64,000 nt of DNA from positions 211,366 to 275,365 of the forward strand of contig JAHRWA010000010.1 in assembly GCA_019090455.1 (NCBI GenBank), written 5' to 3'. A model generated the notes under the pieces. It was not told where the DNA came from. It was given only the letters and a program-made list of their open reading frames with translations, and did not search any database. Both the position numbers and the translations under genes were made by a program. Of the stretch, positions 1 through 7,880 are shown piece after piece (position 1 is the stretch's first letter; each line of letters starts with the position of its first letter). The DNA comes from Pseudomonadales bacterium (GTDB lineage: Bacteria > Pseudomonadota > Gammaproteobacteria > Pseudomonadales > DC-out160).

Positions 1-369
1 CCCTTTTTCAATTAATTCAGAAAACGGGGATCGAGGGATCAATACTCGAGAATCCACATAAAAGGGAATTCCGGCAAACCAGGCTGTATTCGTCAAATAA
101 GCCAAAGGAACTCGCTGCTCCACGCGCTGCGTGACCAAATCAGTGACTTGCCTCTTCTCTTCCAGGGTTAAACGTGAATCCATAATTCTGTTATCCACAT
201 CCCAAGGCAAATGCAGTACATGGAGCACCAACGCGACAGACTCATCCCAAGCGTCGTCAGTTCCGTGACCAAGAAAAACGCCGGCTTCATTCAGTCTACT
301 GGTGGTCCAACGCAAAAAATCCCTTACAGTTTTTAAGTCATTTATGGCTGATTCGATATTAACTTGCAC
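1..369 (-). CDS. prmB: 50S ribosomal protein L3 glutamine-N5 methyltransferase PrmB, N-terminal 123 codons (gene continues past the left edge)
   Basis: Absent from the ORF track because it is open at the window edge. My minus-strand translation from GTG at 369 gives VQVNIESAINDLKTVRDFLRWTTSRLNEAGVFLGHGTDDAWDESVALVLHVLHLPWD...RVPLAYLTNTAWFAGIPFYVDSRVLIPRSPFSELIEKG. This matches the PrmB N-terminal pattern (GHGTDxxWDE, AYLTxxAWFxG, FYVDxRVLxPRSP). An in-frame stop lies upstream at 430-432. Confidence 0.75.
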   Translation of the reverse strand, partial: MQVNIESAINDLKTVRDFLRWTTSRLNEAGVFLGHGTDDAWDESVALVLHVLHLPWDVDNRIMDSRLTLEEKRQVTDLVTQRVEQRVPLAYLTNTAWFAGIPFYVDSRVLIPRSPFSELIEKG

Positions 370-515
370 TCGTTGGTATCCCTTTGGGTTGGTGATGTAG
401 TGATATGATTCTGTGGATTTCTTATTATTCTACCAAAAATTCAGTTATGGTTTCATCAAGAGCGTTAGGTTGATATTATGCGCTCTTCTAAAATTAGTGA
501 TGAATTGAGTGAGTT

Positions 516-1055
516 ATGGAAAAAGCATACGCTAAGATTATCGAGGGAATAGGCGAAGATTTATCTCGACCCGGAATCGTTGACACCCCAAAACGGGCGG
601 CGAAAGCCTTTCAGTACTTGAATAGAGGCTATGAACAATCCCTTGATGCTATCGTCAATAACGCCATTTTCCCCTCAGAAATTGATGAAATGGTCATTGT
701 GAAAGACATCGAAATTTATTCTCTCTGCGAACATCATCTCCTCCCCTTTATTGGAAAATGCCATGTCGCGTATTTACCCACCGGCAAAGTCTTAGGATTA
801 TCAAAAGTCGCTCGCATCGTTGACATGTATTCCTGCCGAATGCAGATCCAAGAGAATTTAACCAAACAAATAGCTGATGCTATTGAAAGTGTCACGGAAG
901 CCGCTGGAGTGGGCGTTATCTTACAGGCACAACACATGTGCATGATGATGAGAGGTGTCGAAAAACAAAGCTCATCCATGAAAACATCCGTGATGTTAGG
1001 AAAGTTCCGCAGTAACGCGCAGACTCGCTCTGAGTTCTTGTCGCTTATTGCCTGA
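516..1055 (+). CDS. folE: GTP cyclohydrolase I (FolE type 1)
   Basis: 179 aa with the hallmark motifs [19 protein letters not shown] and HMCMMMRGV. Confidence 0.93.
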   Translation: MEKAYAKIIEGIGEDLSRPGIVDTPKRAAKAFQYLNRGYEQSLDAIVNNAIFPSEIDEMVIVKDIEIYSLCEHHLLPFIGKCHVAYLPTGKVLGLSKVARIVDMYSCRMQIQENLTKQIADAIESVTEAAGVGVILQAQHMCMMMRGVEKQSSSMKTSVMLGKFRSNAQTRSEFLSLIA

Positions 1056-1402
1056 TAGCCGTCACTCTGTATTCGTTCCGATTATTGATAAGCCAGACTT
1101 TTTAATCTGGCTTTATTCCTCCCAGCTATTTCTATTCAACTTTCACTCATTTTGTCTATCTTATTTTCTTCGACTTAACCGCTGCGCAAAAGCCATATTG
1201 GCTATACCGACCTATTGCTCTGGATCACTAATTTGTTACTCCAAGAAATTGTAGATAAATGACCCCCGGCTCTCTTCCTAACAACATTAATTCATCTATT
1301 CTTAAAGTGAACATCACACTTCTAGTGACATTTAATATATTTACGAAATTGATTTATTGACGTACTTGAACGAGCCGCTAATCAGCAACTGGAGTATCAA
1401 CT

Positions 1403-1774
1403 GTGACTAAACCCCATATTCTATGCGTCGAAGATCAATTAGTTATGCAGCGTATGATAAAAATCGCCTTGGCCAGCGACTTTGACGTCGATACAGCAGA
1501 TCACGGATTAGACGGGTTTCAAAAAGCGGTAAAGAGGAAAGACAATTATGACCTGATCATCACTGACTTAAATATGCCTGAAATGGATGGTATAACGATG
1601 ATCAAACGTTTACGAGCCCTCACTCGATTCTCCGGCGTCCCCATTCTAGTGGTCAGTACTGAATCTGAAACTTCCAAGAAAACTTCCGCGAAAGAAGCGG
1701 GCGCAAATGGCTGGATAGTGAAACCCATCGCCGCTGAAAAATTGTTAAAGGCAGCAAAAAAACTCACTCATTAG
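1403..1774 (+). CDS. Single-domain CheY-like response regulator (receiver only)
   Basis: 123 aa, GTG start. Receiver pattern ILCVEDQ...DLIITDLNMPEMDG...VPILVVSTE...GWIVKP (acidic pocket, phospho-acceptor Asp in ITDLNMP, conserved Lys in VKP). No output domain. Confidence 0.85.
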   Translation: MTKPHILCVEDQLVMQRMIKIALASDFDVDTADHGLDGFQKAVKRKDNYDLIITDLNMPEMDGITMIKRLRALTRFSGVPILVVSTESETSKKTSAKEAGANGWIVKPIAAEKLLKAAKKLTH

Positions 1775-1801
1775 TTTTACTGCCCTCATTCACACAAACA
1801 A

Positions 1802-2662
1802 TTAAGCCGACACATCAATTGTGGTACCTGTGGCCTCAAATGCGTTGACCTCTGCCACTTGCTGAAAACTTCGCAACCCTTCTCTTTCTTGCCGACTTAG
1901 ATCTTGAGACTCATCTCTTCGTTCCGAATCATCACTGTCATTATCTCTGCTATTGGAGGAACCAAACGTATCGACTGAAGCTGGAACGCCTTCTTCAATC
2001 TCACTTTCTGACGACACCGAATCATCGATATCACGCCTAATATCCGCATCCCGTCTCGCATCATCCCGTTCACTCAGTTTGAATTCAGACTCTACTTCAC
2101 GCTGTTCTGACTTTAATTGCTGTTTCGATTCAACTCCCTCACGGGTTTGTGCCGATACAGCACTGCGCTTCTCCTCTTGAGCCCTCTCTAGCTGTGCATC
2201 ACTATCCTGTGTTTTATTTTCGGCAACCCGAGTTTTCGCTTTGTTCTGTAATGCGTCTCCTTTGTCTAGGTTTTGTTCCACACGTTCAGACAGACTCACT
2301 TCATCCTCTTTCAGTCTCTCGGAATTATCCTCGCGTCTTTCCTGTCGGCGGAGGGTTGCATCATCTTCCTCCCGGTGTCGAGGTTCATTGACGACACCCT
2401 CTACCGGATTTGCACTGGATACCCCAGCAGCACTATCTACCACAGTTGCACTGGATGCACTATCGCTATGAAGTACTTGCTGGCTTCCAGCTAATTTTTG
2501 CCCCCCTTCCAACGTTACTAAAGATTGGGGATTGTTTGTTTGTATTGCTACCACTGTCGAAGACCCAGAATCAGGCTTTCGTTCTGCTATCCCAGAACGA
2601 TTAAAACCTGGCACTGACGCTCCCAGCGTACTTGCCATATTAATCATCGTTACTCTGCTCAC
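1802..2662 (-). CDS. Hypothetical highly charged (E/D/R/S-rich), probably disordered protein
   Basis: 286-aa ORF with a low-complexity acidic/basic mix and no recognisable domain. Start uncertain: GTG at 2662, with alternative ATGs a few codons downstream. Many shadow ORFs on the opposite strand fit a low-complexity coding region. Confidence 0.5.
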   Translation of the reverse strand: MSRVTMINMASTLGASVPGFNRSGIAERKPDSGSSTVVAIQTNNPQSLVTLEGGQKLAGSQQVLHSDSASSATVVDSAAGVSSANPVEGVVNEPRHREEDDATLRRQERREDNSERLKEDEVSLSERVEQNLDKGDALQNKAKTRVAENKTQDSDAQLERAQEEKRSAVSAQTREGVESKQQLKSEQREVESEFKLSERDDARRDADIRRDIDDSVSSESEIEEGVPASVDTFGSSNSRDNDSDDSERRDESQDLSRQEREGLRSFQQVAEVNAFEATGTTIDVSA

Positions 2663-3151
2663 AACTTACGACGTTGCCACTATATTACCACGCTATGCAC
2701 GATGCATTTAGACCGAGTTGTTATCAGTTGGCCACCATTAGGATGGACAGCTATAAGATGATATTGGCCAAACTAGCTAGGTTAGGAACTTAAGGGCTAA
2801 AATTTAAAAGCTGGAACTAAAAAATGATGACAAAAGGTCCAATACTTAATGACAAGCAAACCAAATCCAAAATTCTTAATGTATTATCTGAGGACTCGCG
2901 CAGGACATGATTATGAACACTAGAAAATAGGTAGTTGTGTTTAAATTGTTGCGTTTATATTATTTGGTTTCGCTATCTGTTTGATTCTATTTTTTATTTA
3001 TTTAGACTCTGAGGAAATAACAAAACAGATGACTATTGAGAGGCAGTTAATGACTCATCGAGTTAGGTATAAAACGCATCCTTTTGCAGTAATTAAGAAT
3101 AAAAAGTACGCTCGATGCGGGTATGAAGACACTTATAAATTTTCGAGCAAG

Positions 3152-3604
3152 CTACGATTCATCAATCACCTTTTTGCTGAACTCTATAATTTTCGAACAA
3201 TCCATACAGTCAATCACTTGATACTCTTCTAAATGATAATGGGGTTGGTATTTTTTTAGGTCGGCCAAGACAACAATCAACTTATCGCCGACTGTAATCG
3301 ATACCTTGCCACTTCGAGCCAGCGATCTTCCTTCTTCAATATTTCCATACACGACATCATTAAGGTTTGCCTTAATGATAACACTTGCCGATCGCGTGCC
3401 CTCCAAAATAGGATTCACCTCTTTGACGGTGACAATCGCAACTATTCCGGAATTCAATTTAACACCCGTGAGAGACTCTTTAGGAAAATTTATCATTTGT
3501 ATTTCACCTGATCCGCCAGCATGGGCTAGTCCCATAATCATTATTAAAAAAAAACTCAACCCATAGGCCAGCATTCTAAGTACTCCATTAATGCTAAGCA
3601 TCAC
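3152..3604 (-). CDS. Small secreted protein of unknown function (last gene of the six-gene operon)
   Basis: 150 aa. N-terminal signal peptide (LRMLAYGLSFFLIMIMGLAHA|GGSG) followed by a beta-rich sequence. The start (GTG 3604 / ATG 3601) overlaps the stop of the upstream gene (GTGATG). Confidence 0.55.
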   Translation of the reverse strand: MMLSINGVLRMLAYGLSFFLIMIMGLAHAGGSGEIQMINFPKESLTGVKLNSGIVAIVTVKEVNPILEGTRSASVIIKANLNDVVYGNIEEGRSLARSGKVSITVGDKLIVVLADLKKYQPHYHLEEYQVIDCMDCSKIIEFSKKVIDES

Positions 3605-4158
3605 CGATCCGACAGACTTAGGTTAATATCGTGCCAATGTTCTTGGTACCCAAACACCTTGCCAGTGTTCGTATTTACCATGACTTGAATGAAATCTGCT
3701 TCAACCCAAATGCCGTGATGAAAATGATGCCATCTAACAATAAAAAAGGTGTCTTCGCCTACTTCTTGAAATTCAGCCATCACTTGTTTTGCGTCACTCG
3801 GTATCACTACCTCTTTCTCTACAACATCCAAACACGCCTTCTTCGTTAACGCCAACTTTGAAGATTGCATTAACGCATTCTGCATAAACCCCATTCTCGC
3901 TTCACTTTCAACATTATACTTTGCATCGAAACCTGTGATATTTTGATATAACCTTAATTTGTTGCGAGTGTAGGTATTTTCTACCGTCGTTGAAATTAAC
4001 TGACAAGTAAGAATTTTCTGCAAGTACAGTAAGCCATTGTCCGCCCCTTTATTATGACACCGCTTTCGCAAGCTTGACCACAATGCTTGCTCAGAAACAC
4101 TGTCCGAATCCCCTTCATATAGATCTGCAATAACTCCAACATTTATATCAAGTGTCAT
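3601..4158 (-). CDS. Hypothetical cytoplasmic protein, C-terminal PepSY-like pattern
   Basis: 185 aa with no signal peptide. The C-terminus FFIVRWHHFHHGIWVEADFIQVMVNTNTGKVFGY resembles the PepSY-type strand-strand-'VDxxTGxV' pattern. 11-nt gap to the upstream gene. Confidence 0.5.
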   Translation of the reverse strand: MTLDINVGVIADLYEGDSDSVSEQALWSSLRKRCHNKGADNGLLYLQKILTCQLISTTVENTYTRNKLRLYQNITGFDAKYNVESEARMGFMQNALMQSSKLALTKKACLDVVEKEVVIPSDAKQVMAEFQEVGEDTFFIVRWHHFHHGIWVEADFIQVMVNTNTGKVFGYQEHWHDINLSLSDR

Positions 4159-4169
4159 TCAATATACCT

Positions 4170-4424
4170 TTACCTTGATTTGTGACGTCGAACAATATTC
4201 GAATTTGCCGAATCAACTGCGTACTGAACCCACATATTCCCATGCTTAAATTCAACGATCCAAGCAAGCACATCTCGTACTCTACCCGGCTTTTCAGGAT
4301 CCAGGCTCTCCGTCACTTCAATGTAACGCTGCTCCACCTTTCCGAGCAACGTGTACTTTTCATTACTATCATCCACCTTACCTTTTTCGGCAATAGAGAT
4401 AGCTTCGATTTTATCCATAAACAT
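4170..4424 (-). CDS. Hypothetical small protein, PepSY-like pattern
   Basis: 84 aa. A helix (IEAISIAEK) is followed by VLAWIVEFKHGNMWVQYAVDSANSNIVR, the helix plus beta-sheet signature of PepSY-type domains. Overlaps the upstream gene by 14 nt. Confidence 0.5.
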   Translation of the reverse strand: MFMDKIEAISIAEKGKVDDSNEKYTLLGKVEQRYIEVTESLDPEKPGRVRDVLAWIVEFKHGNMWVQYAVDSANSNIVRRHKSR

Positions 4425-4875
4425 TTATTCCCACAGGAACCAAATATATCATCGATCGTTTAGCAATATTAAAACCCGCTAAATACCGCGTTTGAGTCTT
4501 ATCGATATTGTAAGTTAACTCGATTACCGCATCGTCCTTCTGCCCTTGATGGCAGGGTTTCTGTATATGGACTGCAGCACTTAACCAACCCGATGCAACG
4601 CCAATTTGAATAAGGTCAGTTTCAGAAATAACAACATATTGGCAATTATCCCATTGAGCATGATCAATAAAACCTGCTACTTTTTCTTCTTTATCTAATA
4701 TGACTTCGAAATCTGATAGCGCGTACCGGACATTCATGGACACATCTAAAACTTGCCGCAATAACGTTGAGTCCCATTCTTCTACTGTACTAGCAAGACT
4801 AATGTCTAACTCTCCAGTGAATTGGGAAGCGGCTTGAGCTAATGTTTCTTTCAATACTTTCTCTTGTAACTTCAA
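4411..4875 (-). CDS. Hypothetical cytoplasmic protein
   Basis: 154 aa. TTG start preceded by AGGGA 6 nt upstream. No recognisable motif. Same strand as the neighbours and tightly packed with them. Confidence 0.45.
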   Translation of the reverse strand: MKLQEKVLKETLAQAASQFTGELDISLASTVEEWDSTLLRQVLDVSMNVRYALSDFEVILDKEEKVAGFIDHAQWDNCQYVVISETDLIQIGVASGWLSAAVHIQKPCHQGQKDDAVIELTYNIDKTQTRYLAGFNIAKRSMIYLVPVGINVYG

Positions 4876-4895
4876 TCTAATATCCCTATTTATGA

Positions 4896-6104
4896 CTATC
4901 TAAAAAGCATTTTAATATCAGCGACAACTTCACGTACTATACTCGACAGTTCGTTTAACGCATTAATAGAGGAAATTTGCCCTGCTCCGTTTCCAAGCAA
5001 CACAGGTCTCATAGAACTATAATAAGCAGACCCAACATCAAAAAACACTTGAGAAATTCGATCTGGATCACACTTATGTGTCAAGGCCCACTTTGAATAA
5101 AATTTTCGCGCCATCGCTCTCGCAGCGTTATCCGGTATGTACATTCGAAACCCAATAAAATTCTGAGTCCCTCGATTAATGAAAGCATTCCCCAAAGAAT
5201 CCTCCCACCCTGCAACGCAAATATTGAGATATACCAAATACCTTGGCACGCTCGGCACATTTCCCACTTGACCAACTTGAGTTTCTGAAAAATCGGTTTG
5301 CCCAAGGCAGAGGACACTATTCCAAGTTCCCGTTTGATCCGCTGGCGGATTTGCGACAGTTGGATCAACGAAATGCAAATGATTACCTGCAGGATTAATT
5401 ATCGAGCCATGGCTTGCTTGGTGATAAGTATAAGAATTTCGTATTACCGACCCCCAATGAGAGACAGGAACAGTATTACTATTAAATGAACGTCGATACG
5501 CCCTATGATGGTCATTTTTTCTGAGAATTCTCGCAATTTCTCTCATTTCAGCACGAGTTGAAAGTCCATCGTTAACGTCTGCTTTTGTGTCGCTTACACA
5601 GACATGCCAATACCGAACCCTCATGGTTTCATCAGGTTTCGCATTAAAATCTTTGGGCGTCTCGAAAGAAAGACCGTTAAAGTCGACCTCCACCTTAAAA
5701 TAGAAAAAAGGTTTATCCCAAGGATCCCATGGTTTGTGCTTATCTTCAAAAATAAAGTACGGAATGCGTTTTGTTGCTGGATCAATCACTCGATTATTAA
5801 ATACAATTAAATTATCTAACGTACCGTCTTTCAACTTCGCACCAGTATGACAATGATAAATCGTGATTTTTACTTCAGTGTCATTTGGCACATTTTTTAA
5901 CTGTACATTCATTTTCGCTTTAGAACTTGCTTTTATCTTGTCCGTCGGCGGCGAACTGGGCGGAAACCGACGACCATTGGTATTCGGCGAACAAGAATGA
6001 CGGGCCCACTTAGCCGTTATCGTAGGCTCTAACTCAAGCTCTACCTCCTCAACTTCATCACTTTCAATCGGTCCAGCGACAGCAATAGATTCACCTATTT
6101 GCAT
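4896..6104 (-). CDS. Putative caspase/CHAT-like (clan CD) cysteine peptidase with an uncharacterised N-terminal beta-rich domain
   Basis: 402 aa, GGAGA Shine-Dalgarno sequence 7 nt upstream of the ATG. Residues ~160-345 follow the caspase-fold order: strand RYWHVCVSD, helix AEMREIARILRK, YTYHQASH(232)G, WNSVLCLGQTDFSETQV, YLVYLNIC(296)VAGW, then GNAFINRGTQNFIGFRMYIPDNAARAMARKFY. That last stretch resembles the CHAT consensus (AFlxAGaxxvigslWxvxDxaaxxlmxxFY). Pattern reading only, no search was run. Confidence 0.5.
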   Translation of the reverse strand: MQIGESIAVAGPIESDEVEEVELELEPTITAKWARHSCSPNTNGRRFPPSSPPTDKIKASSKAKMNVQLKNVPNDTEVKITIYHCHTGAKLKDGTLDNLIVFNNRVIDPATKRIPYFIFEDKHKPWDPWDKPFFYFKVEVDFNGLSFETPKDFNAKPDETMRVRYWHVCVSDTKADVNDGLSTRAEMREIARILRKNDHHRAYRRSFNSNTVPVSHWGSVIRNSYTYHQASHGSIINPAGNHLHFVDPTVANPPADQTGTWNSVLCLGQTDFSETQVGQVGNVPSVPRYLVYLNICVAGWEDSLGNAFINRGTQNFIGFRMYIPDNAARAMARKFYSKWALTHKCDPDRISQVFFDVGSAYYSSMRPVLLGNGAGQISSINALNELSSIVREVVADIKMLFR

Positions 6105-6127
6105 TATTCATTCTCCAGTGATCAATT

Positions 6128-6739
6128 TCATGATTCCCCCCAGCCCTCAGCCACCGACATTTTCATACCGCTAAGCGTTTTCAAACAATTCGCAACACGC
6201 TCAGATATAATAATGACAAACGGGTACTCTGGTAAACGAAACATATCGAAGCCATGGGTAGCTTTTAGGTCAAGCGATAATGAATTCATTTGAGAAATAG
6301 TGCCAAATAAATTCTCAGCGTTATACGGCATACCCTCATCGCTATCCAACTCAACATCGCCATCATTTTCATAAATGGAATTCTCTGCATCGAGAGCATT
6401 CACGCAACCCACAACATTTAACGCAAAATACTCTTCCTCTAACTCAGACTTAGCCTTTGAGCTGCCGGTCGTTGGGTATGCTTCGAAATTTTTTACACCG
6501 GCTCGTTCCAAAGCCTGCAAAAAACGTTTATTCACAATAGGCGCATCAGCGACTTCAAAATAATCAGGTAATGCAGTACGGCTATTTTTCCCGAAAACAA
6601 CACTCAAATTTAATGGTGTTTTTGAAAACTTTTTACCCTCTATCCAATCGCTCCCAGTACTCGCGTTGTTGCTAAGTAACTCTCCAAAGATAACTGAACT
6701 ATCTTGTGATTCTAGGACATAGTACATTGCTGATTCCAT
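6128..6739 (-). CDS. DUF1629 / Imm11-family-like protein (first gene of the operon)
   Basis: 203 aa. M(Y)YVLES start, then ALPDYFEVADAPIVNKRFLQALERAGVKNFEAYP...EEYFALNVVGCVNALDAENSIYE...FDMFRLPEYPFVIIISERVANCLK. This matches my recollection of the Imm11 (PF07791) layout: PDFf...lvSerlkeale..gv.gvef.pv...Yy.lnv...vdalD.ekS...ifRl......ilvse. Confidence 0.55.
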   Translation of the reverse strand: MESAMYYVLESQDSSVIFGELLSNNASTGSDWIEGKKFSKTPLNLSVVFGKNSRTALPDYFEVADAPIVNKRFLQALERAGVKNFEAYPTTGSSKAKSELEEEYFALNVVGCVNALDAENSIYENDGDVELDSDEGMPYNAENLFGTISQMNSLSLDLKATHGFDMFRLPEYPFVIIISERVANCLKTLSGMKMSVAEGWGES

Positions 6740-6926
6740 TAAATTTGCACAATAAAACTAAAACTCTCTCGCACATGCTAAAGTAGTCTAGCGATCACTG
6801 TAATCTAACGATAACAGTAATCTAGCCGAGAGAGGCGATCAACTATTGATTTGCCATTAAAGATGCGGAGTTCATTTTTGACGAAGAAAATATCAGCTTG
6901 GTCGAATGAAAGCGGTGGATTGTGCC

Positions 6927-7871
6927 TCAATTATATCCTTGAAGAATGCTAATCAGCCTGTACCCTGCAGATTCGAGTAAAAACAATAGGCCTTCATTCC
7001 CAGGCAAATGCAACGCTCCCACCGCAATCATTGCATTACCCTCTTTCAAGCGAACCTGCATACGATCAAACATGGTGTGATTGCGGTTCTCCACCAATTG
7101 GCGCAAAAAAAGTGTCAACACTTTGCTGTTACTGGCAGACACATATTCATTATTCAGCTGTAGTAATCCAGCTATATCTTCCGACAAATAGAGTCTCAAA
7201 GTTTCTTCTAACAGCGTATCAATGGTATCGACCTCTGCAATTGTCTCCCGTAACATTTCCACTTGATCGGCGATACTGAGTTGCTCAAAAAGATTAATTT
7301 GTTCCATAGGACTTTCTAATTGATGTACCGGTTTTTTAAGAGAAATGAAACGCTCTTGTAATATTGCATCCATCGCTATCCCTTCTGATGACTTCGGCAT
7401 AGAGAGCAACAAGGTTGCAGCCCAAGGTTTTAGTAGCGCGACCATCTGGGCATTGAAGGAAGCAGGCGTCAAACTTTCTACCACAACTTTTAACTCTTGC
7501 CCTGTGATGTAGTCACTGAGTCGCTTGCCATTTTGCAGTAACATTGTCCTTAGCATGAGTTGCTGTGAATGGGCATCAAACTTCGCTTCTAGCGTCAGGC
7601 TATCACAACTATTGATAAGACCTTTTAATGTTGAGCTAAATTGGGTAACCCGACTATCTGAGACATGCATCGTTCCCACTAAATAGCTGGCTTTCAATCC
7701 TGTCTTCTCAACCTTCCAAATAAGGCCGTGACTGAATCGGTGAATATGATTTTGCGAAAAAACCGGTTGGGAATAGCTTAGAAATAGGAATATAAAGGAA
7801 AATAGAATAACAGCAGCTACGCTAGCTCTTACGTTGACAAGGTATATTTCGAATCTCCAACGGTTATCCAT
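6927..7871 (-). CDS. TraB/GumN family protein
   Basis: 314 aa with an N-terminal signal/anchor. Family signatures YLVGTMHVSD and MIAVGALHLPGNEGLL. Confidence 0.8.
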   Translation of the reverse strand: MDNRWRFEIYLVNVRASVAAVILFSFIFLFLSYSQPVFSQNHIHRFSHGLIWKVEKTGLKASYLVGTMHVSDSRVTQFSSTLKGLINSCDSLTLEAKFDAHSQQLMLRTMLLQNGKRLSDYITGQELKVVVESLTPASFNAQMVALLKPWAATLLLSMPKSSEGIAMDAILQERFISLKKPVHQLESPMEQINLFEQLSIADQVEMLRETIAEVDTIDTLLEETLRLYLSEDIAGLLQLNNEYVSASNSKVLTLFLRQLVENRNHTMFDRMQVRLKEGNAMIAVGALHLPGNEGLLFLLESAGYRLISILQGYN

Positions 7872-7880
7872 TCGATAAAA

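Noticed and set aside
734-979. 81-aa minus-strand ORF inside folE
   Set aside because: It is antisense to a confidently identified folE, so it is a shadow ORF.
1048-1254. 68-aa plus-strand ORF after folE
   Set aside because: It overlaps the folE stop, has hydrophobic low-complexity translation and no RBS. It is most likely non-coding intergenic sequence.
1953-2604. Five plus-strand ORFs (64-80 aa) stacked over the 1802-2662 region
   Set aside because: All lie antisense to the long low-complexity acidic ORF. Their Ser/Leu/Cys/Pro-rich translations are typical shadow frames of a GA-rich coding strand, and none has a plausible RBS or motif.
2981-3232. 83-aa plus-strand ORF in the AT-rich region left of the six-gene operon
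   Set aside because: TTG start, AT-rich codon composition, and it overlaps the 3' end of the 150-aa minus-strand gene by ~80 nt. There is no supporting motif.
2663-6926. Possibility that the six-gene operon sits on a mobile genomic island
   Set aside because: I found no integrase, transposase, tRNA gene or flanking direct repeats. By eye I could not establish a clear base-composition difference from the neighbouring core genes. I therefore do not call a mobile element; a computed GC/k-mer skew profile would be needed.
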